This document shows positions 11,594 through 25,078 of a stretch of 53,461 nucleotides of DNA, one piece after another. Position numbers and translations under genes: made by a program. Origin of the DNA: Catajapyx aquilonaris (lineage: Eukaryota); the NCBI GenBank assembly GCA_000934665.2, contig KZ538691.1, forward strand, positions 1 to 53,461, in the 5' to 3' direction. Position 1 is the first letter of the stretch, and every line of letters starts with the position of its first letter. Under the pieces are notes generated by a model. The model was given only the letters and a program-made list of their open reading frames with translations, did no database searches and was not told where the DNA came from.

Positions 11594-14500
11594 ATGGTGC
11601 TTGGATTTGGGTCGAAAAACAATGCCTTCAAAGGTCAGGAGTATGGGAAGCTCAGGCGGACCTACCAGAAGATGGGAGGGATGTTTACGGATCCGCTCTT
11701 TCCAACCACCAACGCCAGCCTTGTCTTCTCCAAGCAGCTGCCAGGGACCATACAGTGGAAGAGGCCTAAGGTTAGACCAATGACATGTGGCTGATGACAG
11801 GTGTATGACATCACCACCGGACAGGTGTCAAGCAGGCAATTCAGCCATGTGGATTTTTTCAGTTTAAATTCAGAAAATGTGTGCAGTAAAGGTCAATGCA
11901 TTTTGCAAATGGGATACCAGGTCTGGGGGTATAAGACAACAGAAGTATAAAATAAGGAAAATATTTCAAACGTGACATTCTTTGTTCGAGGGCCTATGGC
12001 AGTGAACAGGCCATAAAGTATTGATTATGTCCCTAATAAGACGACCTACAGTAATATGCATGCAGTAAATGTCAATGAAAGGCTGAGAAATTTCCCAGTA
12101 TTAAAAGGAAAGGGGCAAAGTATTGAGGTGATTATGTAACTTAAGGCGTTTCTTACACAGCTACCATGCTGTGCAACCTGTCACTAATCAGGGCAACATT
12201 TTTTGCTGTTAGCAGTCTTGCTACTTACCAGCTAAAACTGTAGTGAAAAGCATGCCTTTGCTGTATTTGCCTGCTTCATTCCCATTCATACCATTCATAC
12301 CCAGGAAGTATAGATGTTACACAGCTTGGTCATTGGGCAAGTTGGGTCTCCAAAAATCAGAAAAGAAGTCTCTGTTTCCAAGTATATTGTCACTGATCAT
12401 AGTTGTCCTATGTGGTTTTCATGGATTTGAAATTGTCCCTGGCAATACAAATTCAATTGCTAAATGTACAATACATGAGCAATAGTTGTTAGGCTGCCAA
12501 ATGAGACAATTGGAGGATTCAATTGCAGGTAACTGAGGGAGGCAGGATGATCCAGTGTTAACTCATAAGATGGTTAATCTAGATAATTGGATATGGAAAA
12601 CTACTGCAACCTAAAATAATTACTTCCATGGCAAGTGAAATAACACGCAACTGTAGTAAGCAGATTATGTGAGCATAAAGTTAGTGATATTTGAGACCTT
12701 CCACCCTCAATGGTACACTAACATTAAGGTATAAACTCAGCTTGCAATTGGCTCTTTGCTCTGCATTAGCCAATTGTGCAGTGAGATTACATGTTAACAT
12801 TAGTTTACTGGCAAGAGCAGAAAGTCTCAATTGCGTGCATGTGCTGCTATCAGAGTGGGTTCTCATGTTACTGTCTAACCATTCTACTTCTGAATGGCAT
12901 ATTGATGAGCTCCTGAAAAAATGATGTACAGGAAGTCCCCGGTTTACGAATGATCCAACTTACGGCAATCCGTTGTGACCTCAAAGGTCTCCACTTTCAC
13001 TTTCCTCTTTTAATCACTTCTTCATGCATTGACCGACACCAAATTCATCATAAATACTGTATAATTAATAAATACTTATAATTGGGGAAACTGCGCATGT
13101 GAAACACACATGACGTAAGCGGTTCGTTGGACTTGCATACGTGCGTTGTTCCTCAGGGATCCGAGTTACATTCTAATCTGACTTATGGACATTTTCAGGA
13201 ACGTAACCCCGTTCGTAGACCGGGGACTACCTGTAGTTATTTATTATATTAAATGTGCCTCATATAGAAATGAGGGAGGGGTGTTGAGTACTTTTGAGTG
13301 ATGAGGTTTTAAAATTGGTTTAATTTAAAATAGAATTGGGAGATTCCAGGTAGGTGAGGATTGCATAATGTAAGATGAAAACAAAATATTTATGGATAAG
13401 GATACTGACAATGTCCCTTAAGCAAATATTTTTGTATGATTCATGGATGATGTAATGTGTTTATATTTTAGGGTTATAAAGAAAAATGCATTGCAGAGTA
13501 ATATGCTACAACTAACAGGGAATATTAATGAAGCCTGTAATTATGAGAAATATCAAACTTGTAGAAATGTCATTGAAAGTTCTGAAAGTAGCATTCAAGC
13601 AATCAAAAAGTTGACGTCACCTACATTGCCTAATCCTATGGAGGCATGAAAAGTTGAAAACACCAATTAGCATCAAGTCATGTGCAAGGGAGGATGTTGG
13701 GCTGGCTATTTCATAGGAAATAAACCGTAGGGAGCCTCATGCTCTAAACCATGACATAATTATTCTTCCTGCCTTTGGTTCCCGTTTGACTCATGATATG
13801 CTGTACAGTGTGGGGATTTTTAATACTTGAAATTCAAGGACTTAACGTTCTTGTGTGTGGGTCTAACCTGGAAAGATCGGTTGCTTGGTTGATTGGGGGA
13901 GCTAAAGCAACTAAGGCTATCTGGCATCAGTGTGGTTGAGAGGAAAAGATAGATTTTTGGACTGTGAGAGGAAATGGGAGATCCCCAAGAAAACCCATGC
14001 AAACTCCTTGGGAAGAATGCGGTGGATGCAATATGATAAATGAGTGATATGTCTCTGTATTGCAGTAACTGATGGAATTTAACGGAAGTTTACCTGCAGT
14101 AAAGTGAGTTATTTGAATAATGGTTGTGTTTTTTTGCAGGAGTTGTGTGAGAATCCTCGTCTCTTTGTTGGAGGTTTAAGCTCACTTGATGTGACGCAAG
14201 GGCAACTGGGAAACTGCTGGTTTGTTGCTGCCTGTTCATCATTGGCAGGAGTCAAGGAACTGTGGACTAAGGTTAGGCGGTAGTATAAAAGTAGAGAGTA
14301 ATAATATAATTAGAGCAGGCATATGTTAATTTAAAAGTTCTCTTGAGTAGTCTCAACTTGGCACTCTAAATTGAAATCATGTATTTTAATCATGTGGAAA
14401 ATTGTTTGTCTCCCGGCCTCCATAGCTGAAACTACAAAATTAGCCCTGCAAAAGCAAGGAAGTTAATTTGGAGTCCAGAAACATACTAGTGAATTCTTGT

Positions 14501-17500
14501 CTCTTCTTCGGGTCTATGTGCAGCCAAGCATATATGCCTACAATTATTATTTTTGTTATTTCCAATATTAGGTGATTCCTGATTACAAGGATCAAGAGTG
14601 GGATCCTGAGCACCCAGAGAATTATGTTGGCATCTTTCACTTTCGCTTCTGGCAGTTTGGTGAATGGATTGACATTGTTGTGGATGACTTGCTTCCTACA
14701 GTTGACGGGAAACTCATCTACACGCATTCAGATACAACAAACGAATTTTGGAGTGCCCTTCTGGAGAAGGCCTATGCAAAGTCAGTATATACCAATTCTG
14801 TTGGGCAATCTAGACTTTAATTTGCAGACTTATATTTGTGGTAGCTTGTGACCTTTTATGGCATTTAGTTAATTCACAATTAGCCTGTCATCTTGGTGGG
14901 CGAAAAGAACTGACATGCATTTCAGCTGAATTTCACGCCTTGTATCAATGAATGGCATAATACAAAACAGTTGATCTACAAAGGGTTAAAGGTGGAAAAC
15001 GGTTTTCTTACTATGGAGTTAATACATTTCAGTGGGTTTCCCAGAAGTAGTCATCTGTAGAATTTGTCCTGATGCCTAAGCGGTTAAATGAGTAAACTAA
15101 AATGTGTGTGAACATATTTACTAAGAATATTAATTAAATCCAATTCCTATTTTAAAAATCAGATTTTAAAAATGCTAGTGGGGAAGGAGAACATACTGTA
15201 CATCACACTCAAAAAACTTGATATTTCTATTTCTTTGCAGGCTCCATGGGTGTTATGAGGCTTTGGATGGTGGTAATTTGACTGATGCTTTAGTTGACTT
15301 CACTAGTGGAGTGTCTGAAGTGATCAACATGGTGGAGCAAGGTTATTCAAGAGATGAGATCAGAGCCAAAACACTCTTCAAGAGGATGCTCAAGGAGAAG
15401 GAAAATCATTCATTAATGTGCTGTGCAGTGGCTGTAAGATTTTACTCATTGGTTGTGTTCATTGTCACATTATTAATTTGACCTTGCCTTAGCCTGCAAG
15501 TGCAGAAGAGATGGAGGCAAGGACAGAAGCTGGATTGGTCAAAGGTCATGCCTATGGCATAACTAGTGTTAAAGAGGTGTCCTTGGGCGACACCAGCCTT
15601 CTCTCATTTTTTAAGTACGTGCTGTGCATTGTGTTATGAGAATTCACAGATAAAGTGTGAATCTCGAATGACATGCTTTTATTTTGGCAGAGGGAGAGAC
15701 AAGCTGTTTATGGTGAGGCTCAGAAATCCCTGGGGAGAGAAGGAATGGAAAGGCGCCTTCAGTGATGAGTAAGAAGATTGTTTTGCATTGTTTAAGCAAA
15801 TTGGTTCAGGAAATGGGTTTTTGTTGGAGGGGATTGGAATGAATCACCTCAATGAGGTAATTGGGCTAATGGAGCAAATTGTTTGAGTGCTTGGGAATAG
15901 CAGGCTGTGCTTGGTGATGGCTTAAAATAGCTAAGATAACAAACCTAAGCTTTTGAATCCATTAGCTTGTGTGAAAATAATACCTTCATCATTCTTGCAT
16001 GCCTTGCATTTTGAAAAGGGTCATGTTCCTGTCTACATAATTATATCTTGTGACTTTATAACATTGAACTTTGCCTATGCTGTACAGGGAAGCCCATTTT
16101 TAACGTTCCATGTGTTGAATGAAATAAGTAGTGTCTTATTTTGTAACAATTGGTAGCCAATAATTTTTGTTAAGAATGGATGGAACTGTACAGGTAGCTT
16201 ACTGGGCGGTTTTCTTGTTTCTCTTCTTGCATGTATGTTGGTGACTTGTCTCCATGTTGGGCTGATTGGTTGGCTGTGGCAATGGGTGGATGTTGATGCG
16301 GATTCCTAATGCATTTCATCAAGAAAGGAAGAGTTAGAACCCAAAAAGTGGGCATTTGCCTTCCCAACGTCAAAGCTGACACGAATGCTTTCTAGGTCAC
16401 CTGAGTGGTCCAGAATTAGCGAGGCTGAGAGGGAGAGAATTGGACTCACATTTGAAGATGATGGGGAATTTTGGTAAGCCCAGTGTTAGTATAAAACAGT
16501 GTAGGGTGCAAAAGTGGAGTCTCGTGACAAAAAATGTTTGTGTTGAAATATTCAAGTTTTGCTCAAATGACTGGCCATCAGTGGTATACTGGAATGGAAA
16601 CATGATTACTTTTTGAGGAATATGTGTCATCAATTTATTGAATAATTTGAACTATATTAAAACCCAATTATAAAATACTTAATTGTTAACGATGAAGTCA
16701 CAGGTACAAAATGCTAACTCATGAAAATGTTTGAGGATATGAAAGTTTGATGATTGAAGTTGTAACTTAAACATATCAATGGTGATAAAATTGTTTAGCA
16801 GAGTACCTGCACTCAGACCTTTTCCAATAACTCGGAGCACACATTACTATACAGGGTGTTTGGAAAATGGCATACATGCTGGTATTTTGTCGTAAAAATT
16901 ATGGCTGAACCAATGAGATCCTCCTGAAATTGGGCAAATAAGTTCTAAATACCACATTGAATTTGGTAAGCAGTGATTTGTCCAAATTTTATGTTTAGTA
17001 AAGAGTAAAGACTGATAAATGCAAGACTGTTGTAGTTTGACATGTGATTATGTACTATTATTATGCTCCACATGGATGAATAATGCAGGTGAGATTGTTC
17101 AGCACTTTTTGTTTAGGATGAATTATTGACTAACAAAAAGGCAGGTCAATACAACAGTCGGAACTTGTTCTAATAATGTCACCAATGATGGGGTTAGGAA
17201 TTTGTTCCAAATAATTATTGTTATTTATTTCACGATGATATAAAAAATATTGAAATATATATATGTTGTTGCTCTGTTTCAGTTTGTACTTGCACTAAGG
17301 AATGACTGAATATTCTGATCTGCATTGTTTTTATGAATAGGGCATGCTGATAAATATGTGATCATGCGTCAAACTAGGTCTGTGATGTTTTTATCGGTTT
17401 TTGCTACACATCAAATTTGAATAAATTAGTGCTTTCCAAAATCACGACTTTAGAACCCCAAACTTGGCAGGGTCGTAGCTACTCAGCCGTTAATTTTTAC

Positions 17501-20500
17501 GACAAAGTGCCATAAGGCTTTTAAATTCAGAATGGTCTTTTGCATCTCTAGCATCACACTTGTGACCTGTCCCATATTTTCCAAACATTTGTGTTGTGAA
17601 ATATCAGTCATGTGTTTTACAGATTTTCCCAAGAGAGGAAGAGATAAAAATATAAACACTTTAGTAGTTGACGAATTTTTTGCCAGATGTTTTTGGCAAT
17701 ACATATTGATTGGCAAGAACTACAATTTATGGAACTAGGTTGGCACATATGCAAAATTATGCAGTGTTGCATAGGAATCCCTAAGAATGTCTTTAGGCAC
17801 AAGTAACTGAAATTGCTGCTGCACCCCCTCCCCTCCCATTTGCAAGTTTGAGGTTAGAATATTTTGTTGCTGTAAAATTTTGGCAATTAGCCATTTTCCC
17901 TTTTGGCATGAAGTGGCAGGCAAGGTCATTAGGACCCATCTCTTCCAGACATTCAACAGGCTGTACCTGAAGAATATGCATTTGAACTTGCTATCAGGAA
18001 ACACTGACATCTTACGTATAGTATTGTATTAAAAATAAGTTGACATTAGATCACATCAGATGCTTTTGAATCCAAACACCTGTCACAGAAGTGGGAATGT
18101 TATGACCTGAACATTTTCTACTTAGGATGACATGCGAAGACTTCGTGAAAAACTTCACTGACCTATCCATCTGCCACCTGTTCAACACATCAGTCTTCAC
18201 GTTCAGAAAGACATGGCAGGAGACAATGGTGAAGGGTGACTGGACAGACGGTCTCAAGGGCACTTCAACTGATAGGGCTGGTGGATGCTCAAACCATCCC
18301 GAGTCTCACCTGAGGAATCCACAATATCGTTTTGATGTCCCAAATACTGGAGAGGAAGTCATTATTGAGCTGATGCAGAAGGATGTGAGGGCCAGGCGCC
18401 ATGAAGGTGTTGAAAATCTGATAATTGGCTTCCAGATTATGAAGGTGTGTAGAATTGTTCAGTAATATGTTGTGTCTGGTTGGAAATAATTAATGTCATC
18501 CCTCGTGTCATCCACATCAGTAGGCAATTTACTATTCCAGGCAAATCAGTACGTAGCGTAATTGTATTAGTGAATGTTTATGACTGAGACAGCCAAATGA
18601 AAGTACACATTCATGTCACTGTAAGGCAAGTATTTCAATGCTCCTGATAGGGCAGGCCATTTGTTGTTCATGGAGCTTCTGCCACACCTTTTAACCTCCT
18701 CTACTGATAGGCATGTCCCAGCCAGAGAGTTGTTTTTGAGAACTGAAGAAGTGGAAACCACTGGTAGCAAGAGTGGGTGTGCAGAGAGGGTGTTTTAAGG
18801 GCTCCCAGCTGCAAGTCTTGATATTCCCCACACTGCCAGTGGGACACTTGCACCGATATTTTCATAAAGCACAAAGAAAAAATAATTATGTGCATTTTGA
18901 TTTGGTTATCTCAGATGGAGAATTTTCATTTAAAAATATTTTAAAAGCTGAACTTAAATTACAGGCCTATTTGCTTTGCCCTTCAATAAATGATAAGGCA
19001 ATATAATAGATCATGGTTCATTAGTGAATTGGTGTATGGCTAACAGGGGAATAATAAAACCCAATAGGAAAATCTGCATTCAGTTGGAAACCACCTGTGA
19101 ATTTTGGTGGCTTGGAAGAGGAAAATGTACTTTTATTGATATGTTGCTAGTCTTACTACTTTCTTTTCCTGCCAATATACAGGGTGCTCAAAAACTCGCG
19201 GAAAGTGACCACGTAGCCTGATAGGACTCGCAAAACTAATATAGGGATGTGGAAGTAGTTTTGGGCTAACTTGCATAGTTTTTGCGTACGACGCCCTTAA
19301 GATTTCGGAAGTTTAATGACGTCACTTCCGCCTTGAGGCCCCACTGCGTCATCATTACATGTTGTTGTGGCTGTTGCCATTGGCACTGATTATTGTTGCG
19401 AATATTGTCAACTGTGATTGTTGAGAAATAAACAACGATGTCAGGCTGGCAACAATAAAGGCTTTCTGGCCATAAGATACAAGCAGTGGATACAAGCTGC
19501 CAGCCTGACATCGTTTATTTCTCAACAATCACAGTTGACAATATTCGCAACAATAATCAGTGCCAATGGCAACAGCCACAACAACATGTAATGATGACGC
19601 AATGGGGCCTCAAGGCGGAAGTGACGTCATTAAACTTCCGAAATCTTAAGGGCGTTGTACGCAAAAACTATGCAAGTTAGCCCAAAACTACTTCCACATC
19701 ACTATATTAGTTTTGCGAGTCCTATCAGGCTACGTGGCCACTTTCCGCGAGTTTTTGAGCACCCTGTATTGTACAGTCAGTGTATTGCTGAACTGACATG
19801 CCCCCTCCAGGTGATTTTATTCTCAATTGTGGGGAGGAAGAGTTAAGCTAGGGTAATTCATGTGCCCGCTGTGGATTTCTTGTCACATTTTTTCTCCCCC
19901 TTGCATCCCCACTTGTGCTTCTCCAGATGAATGCTTCTTCCCCTAAATCACAAATATATTGTTCGGAGGGGGTCATATCATTTGAGCAATCCACTGGCCA
20001 TACAGTACCTAGGAAGGGAGATCATTCCAGCATTATGAGCATGTCTTATGTGTCAGGGAAATGAAGGAGAGATCATATCATAGATTTAAAAGATTGATTC
20101 ATTACTGGGCATCAAATTTTAAACTGGTCCTGTGAAAGTAGGCTGAAATTTATGGTAGAATGTATGCTTTGTTAAAACAAAACTGTTACACATCACTTTT
20201 GCAACATAGGAAGATTTCTCTCATCCTGATCAAAACATGTTGACCACACTTAAGAGAATGTAACTCTTTACCTCACATGCCATTTTATTTAAGGTGGAGG
20301 AAAACCGGAGATTCCGGTTGCATGTGCCTCAGCAGCAAGTAGCCCTCTCTGATTACATACGCACAAGGAGTATATTTTACCATGGAGCTTTGGACCAGGG
20401 GAGATATGTGCTCATTCCTACCACATTTAATCCGGGAGAACTTGGAAGCTACATGATTCGCTTCTATTCTGGTGTCAGAGCTGACTTTCAGTAAGTCAAC

Positions 20501-21314
20501 ACTGGTCAACATCTTTTTATACACCATGAGCAATTACTAAAGGAAGTCTGGTTTTAGGTTGATGGAGTATAATTTCCCTCAACACAGCATATGTCCATGT
20601 GTTTCATTCCCAGCGTGTGTCACATTGCTTACGGTCAAAGGCGCTTCTGATTTAGCAAAGCAAGGTGTGCTTGGAAGTAAGTAAATTAATTTCGTGTCCT
20701 CATAATTCATTGTCAGACATGAGTTAAGGTTAAGAAAATGGTAGGAAACCTTGTACAAGACCCTGGAGCATGATAAAGTTTTTTTTTCTAAGGAGTGTTT
20801 AAAGAATGCTGGTAATATAACAACAATCAAGTTTTGTTCTGTTATTGCTGGTCATGTATTGCCACTAAATTGTTCATGAGTTTAATTATGTGCTTAGGAA
20901 GAAAATTATAATAAATGTGATACTGGTGCATGAAAATTAATGAAAACATTTCTACTCATGGGCAACTAATTATCTAAAATTTTACTTGTAGGCTCAGCTG
21001 ACACATACTGCTACATAAAATGTGAGGGTGAGAAGGTGAAAGGAGCTATTTGCAAGGGCACCCTGGACCCTGTATACAACACGACAATCATTTTCTTCAG
21101 GAAAAAAATGCACAAACCAATTCAAATTCAGATATGGGAGAATAATCTGATGATAGATAAGTTTATTGGCCAGATTTTCCTTCCTGCTGGGATCAACCAC
21201 CAAGTAGAGGCTGTGTCTATGGAGCTGAAAGGCAGGGGTCGTCACAAAGAGGAGACCAAGCCAGGTATGCTTACAGTGGAGTTCAGGACTGAGGATGACA
21301 TGGCTTCCTTCTGA
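11594..21314 (+). CDS. CAPN5: Calpain-5 / TRA-3-type calpain (CysPc, domain III, C2); about 11 exons: 11594-11770, 14140-14271, 14572-14780, 15241-15432, ~15493-15612, ~15691-15768, ~16397-16473, ~18127-18444, 20294-20490, 20558-20677, 20992-21314
   Basis: The catalytic triad motifs QGQLGNCWF (Cys), GLVKGHAY (His) and RLRNPWG (Asn) are present, with [22 protein letters not shown]...NPQY and a C-terminal C2 domain in place of EF hands. Confidence 0.95.
12929..13233. mobile_element. pogo/Tigger-type MITE (~305 bp) in calpain intron 1
   Basis: TA|CAGGAAGTCCCCGGTTTACGAA ... TTCGTAGACCGGGGACTACCTG|TA: a 22-bp TIR with 2 mismatches and a TA target duplication. Confidence 0.88.
13880..14020 (-). 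mobile_element. V-SINE-like element (5'-truncated)
   Basis: The minus strand reads GCATGGGTTTTCTTGGGGATCTCCCATTTCCTCTCACAGTCC, resembling the V-domain GGGTTTCCTCCGGGTGCTCCGGTTTCCTCCCACA. Its 3' tail CCTTAGTTGCTTTAGCTCCCCCAATCAACCAAGCAACC is shared with the copy at 26471. Confidence 0.6.
16852..17592. mobile_element. Possible old TA-flanked mariner-like non-autonomous element
   Basis: TA|CAGGGTGTTTGGAAAATG at 16852 and a degenerate complement, ATTTTCCAAACA, near 17576. The right end is poorly defined. Confidence 0.35.
19180..19766. mobile_element. Fold-back (palindromic) mariner-type MITE, copy 1 (587 bp) in a calpain intron
   Basis: TA|CAGGGTGCTCAAAAACTCGCGGAAAG...CTTTCCGCGAGTTTTTGAGCACCCTG|TA. 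The ~270-bp arms are near-perfect reverse complements around a ~45-nt spacer. A second copy lies at 48177. Confidence 0.96.
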
Positions 21315-24300
21315 AAGAACAACACGCTGTTGTTTGTTTCAATCAAATCATTATATTGCACTATTTTTTATATACATATTTCAGTTTGAATTTTTGTTAT
21401 GTTTATACTGAGATTCTGGAACTAACAGTCATGCTGTACTACTCTCCATTATTCAGTGAGGGAAGTATTGCTTTTCATTGCATAAGGACAGGCCAGTTAT
21501 TATTAACTGCTGCAGATTCAAACTCTCTCATAAAGTATGGTTATTTCCTTGGTTATTTCATCTTGTTTGCAATGATAGTGTTAGTGATGCTCTCAGCATA
21601 CAATGCAGAGTGCAGAGTATGCTTAGTTGTAACATAAAATGTGGCTGTTCTCGTTGTCCTTATACCTGCACACTGGATCTGTGACAATCAACTTCTGAAA
21701 GTTGCCATTGTAGTCAATAGCATAACATTCCGTCCAAATTAAGCGTAACAATAAGATCTAATGGCCTTGGATTTACATAAGTGACTTACTCAGTGCAGGG
21801 TATGATTGTTAAGCAATATCACATTGCTCTATATTCTTAGCAGGTGGATAAAACGAAGTTTGAAGAAAATCTGTTTTGAATTGTATCACTCGTTACAGTG
21901 TGCAGTAGTGTCCAAATGCCTTGGGAAGTGTTTGTTCATGGCATAATTGTCATATTCAAAGTTGCACTTTTTAAAGTGAAAAAGGAGGATACCATTATGT
22001 CCAAGAAATTGCCTGACTAATAGCAATCTGTCCTTTGAGTGAATAATTTTGTTCCTGTAAAGCTATTTATTAACACTTGTGTATGATGAAAATTGAAAGC
22101 ATGAAAGTAATACTATTTACATAAGAAATTTAAAGGGACTTCCAAGTCAATTATTTTGAGAAAGAGAGAGTATTTAGAAAAAAAAGGCTATTGCATTCAT
22201 GCATTTATATGTAGCTCAAGGAGAGAAAAAATATTATGGTGTGTGGAAAAATTGTGAAACATATGCTGTCTACTTTTCAAATAAAGTTACAAGAAGAGAG
22301 TATAAAATATATTTTTTGCCCCATGACATGAATGAAATATGCAGCATTTTGTTTGTAAAAATACATATTTAATATTCATATGAGAAACTGGTGTAAAAGG
22401 AAGATGGAGGGAAGTGGCTTTGGCAAATTTAATGGAAGCTATCTAATAAATTAATTCAGACAATTGGAAGAAAAGCCATCTTTACATCAGAATATTTGAG
22501 ATTGAATGTAACTGTAAAATAGTAATTTGGTGCATCATAGACTAGAGAGCCTCAGCACAAGAAGAGTGATTAGAGTTTACTACATGAGCAGCATTTTGAA
22601 TAATTCTGCACAATATTTCTGGTGCACCAACTATAGTTTTCAAAAATCAATCAATTTCTGGTGAAATTAATTTGAGGATCTGGTAATGTTATGCTGCAGT
22701 ATTGGAGGTAGACATTGGTCCATTTAAGATTTAATTCATGCATTGATTGGAAGAAAATGAATGAAGGCCAGCTCCCACCACCTACCCTAATCACCTGAAC
22801 CAATTGTGACATTTCCAGGATGAATGGAATGCAGCTAGTTTCAGAGGTGGGACTGATCCGTGATTACAATTGATTGGGGGACAAAGATGCAGCACTTGAA
22901 AGTTTCCCTAGTGTGTGGAATCACAGAATCCTGGAGAACATTCTTTTTGTCCAGCCACTGGCAGAGATCATTCTGGAGTATGTCTTGATTGTTTTGGGAC
23001 AGCTTCCTGGAATTAATGCTGTTCTGATGATGCACATGTATGCCGAATCCAAGGATACCAAGGAAACACAGGTGATCCTTTTTCTTACAGCATTATGTCT
23101 TTCTCACTGTTTCTCATGGCGTAGAAGCATGTAAGTTGGGGTCCTTAGTTTTGTTCATGATGTTTTCTCTCAATTGTGTGCAAGTGTCTGGCAAGGCAGC
23201 CTGAAGCATTTTTATACAATGAAAATTCACTTGAAGCCATTTTCTTCAACATTATTCTCATTCAATGTGGCTTGGTATACAAAAGCAGACTGCCTAAAAG
23301 ACTTCTCATTTCACAAAATTTCATTCGAGGGAATTGCATGAGACCATGGTTGACCCAAAGTGAGTAGTACAGTACATGGAAACCTGTCTGTAGTGGACCC
23401 TGGATGTAGCAGGAAACAGAGAAGGGCGAAAAATGAGATTGACCAATGATCTGAAGTCCAACACCTGTGTCTCAACCCACTTTGGAGACAGCAACATGAA
23501 AATACATGCCAGACAGGTTTTCCCCATTTGCTATTATGTCCATTCACACTGACTTGTGACAGCCATGCTCACTTGAGAATAGGGATCTACGGCATCTCGT
23601 AGAAGGAAAAATGAAATGAGAGGAATCAGTGAGAAGATGAATGTTCTGGAGGCAAGATGACTCGCAGAAATCCTTTCTACACATTTGATTAATTCACTGG
23701 CCTTCCATATTTTTGTTGTCATGGAACTCTTCTTTATTCAACAAACTTTACTGCAACTCCTGCAATAAAACCCTACGCCATTTTTTTACTGCAGTATAGT
23801 ACGTTGCCATACCAGGCTCATAAATCAGCCATTTTCCCATATATTTTCTTGGACCGGGCCTGTAGAGAACCCTGTGATTTCAAATATTGTATGTTAAAGC
23901 CTGCATCAAAGACTGTGGCATAACTATAGCCATAGTGGGCTGTACAGTTTGGAATATCATCATGGTTTTTTATGCACATTGTCATTTTGAGGGGAGGACC
24001 CACTTTTTGGCTAACTGTTTGAACTACTGTAGTTATGTCCCTGATCAAGAAGCTAACTACTAGCTTGGTCCAGTGTCTTTGCAAGGCAAGGCTGAGTCGA
24101 GCATTATTGAAAATGCCAGCTCCTTATGAAAGAGTAGTAAGTGTGCCTCTCGTAAGAGGCATATTATAAAGGCATTAAAGGGTGGTGTGCTGCTCAAGTC
24201 ATGGCCCAAGGAGGGGATGGGGATATGGATAGTGTAACTGGAAAGAGAAGCAATGGTAACAATAGATTATTGCTGCTTCTAATAAGTCGCTAATTTGTTT

Positions 24301-25078
24301 TTCAACACGCGGGTTCCTTTTTTGAAATGTTTTGGGATCTGGCCATCAAGATGTCTTAAACGCCTGGTCCTTAGCTGCTCCACATCAATCGTAAGCTGTG
24401 TGTGTGATCCACCATGTCTTCAGTGATGTTTCATTTTGGGAAGATATATTGAGGGAAACCAGGGGCCTTTTCCTATGGAAAAGGCGTCAAAAGTCCCATT
24501 GCACAGTTTGGGAGGAAGGAATCAGTTGATACCATTCATGGCAGCCCTATTGGCCGTTAAATTTCATTGTAATTTGCCCTTTAAATCACATGCATCACAA
24601 TAGAACGAGTTGAATGACCCCTTGCATGCATTAGATTGCACATGGCATGCAATGGGACACTCGTTGGCCGCATTTTATAAGCAAGCCACAAAAACGAACA
24701 CAATTAGTTTTAACAACTCTTAAAAAATCGGTGTTTATTTATGGCAGCCTCCGCTGTTTAAAATCCTGGACAGATTTTGTTTGGTTGCTACGGGGGTCTG
24801 TCGGTGGGTGGCGGTGGGTGGTGCAGCGACGTTCTATTGTTTCGTTGGCGACAGCTTGGCGCGGGTCTGTTCGAGAGAAGCCTTCGATCTGCCGGCCGCG
24901 TCTCTCTCGTGCTCCCCTGTTCTTTGACTCCTCGTGGCTTCTGTACCGAGGTGAGTCTGCCCGTGGGCTGCCCTAGACCCCAGCCATGCCCCTGGCCCGC
25001 GGGCCAAGCCACACGACAGGTATCTAATTTATTCCCCGTCTCTTCCTCAGGCAACCACGCTAGTACCTCTTCTCGGAG

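Noticed and set aside
19266..19680. Mirror-image ORFs with identical peptides on both strands (similar ORFs at 48024-48853)
   Set aside because: They are an artefact of the palindromic MITE, with no coding signal.
22841..23134. ORFs on both strands between calpain and mei-P26 (86 aa plus, 64 aa minus)
   Set aside because: There is no convincing motif or splice context, and only a faint resemblance to a decayed transposase, too weak to call.
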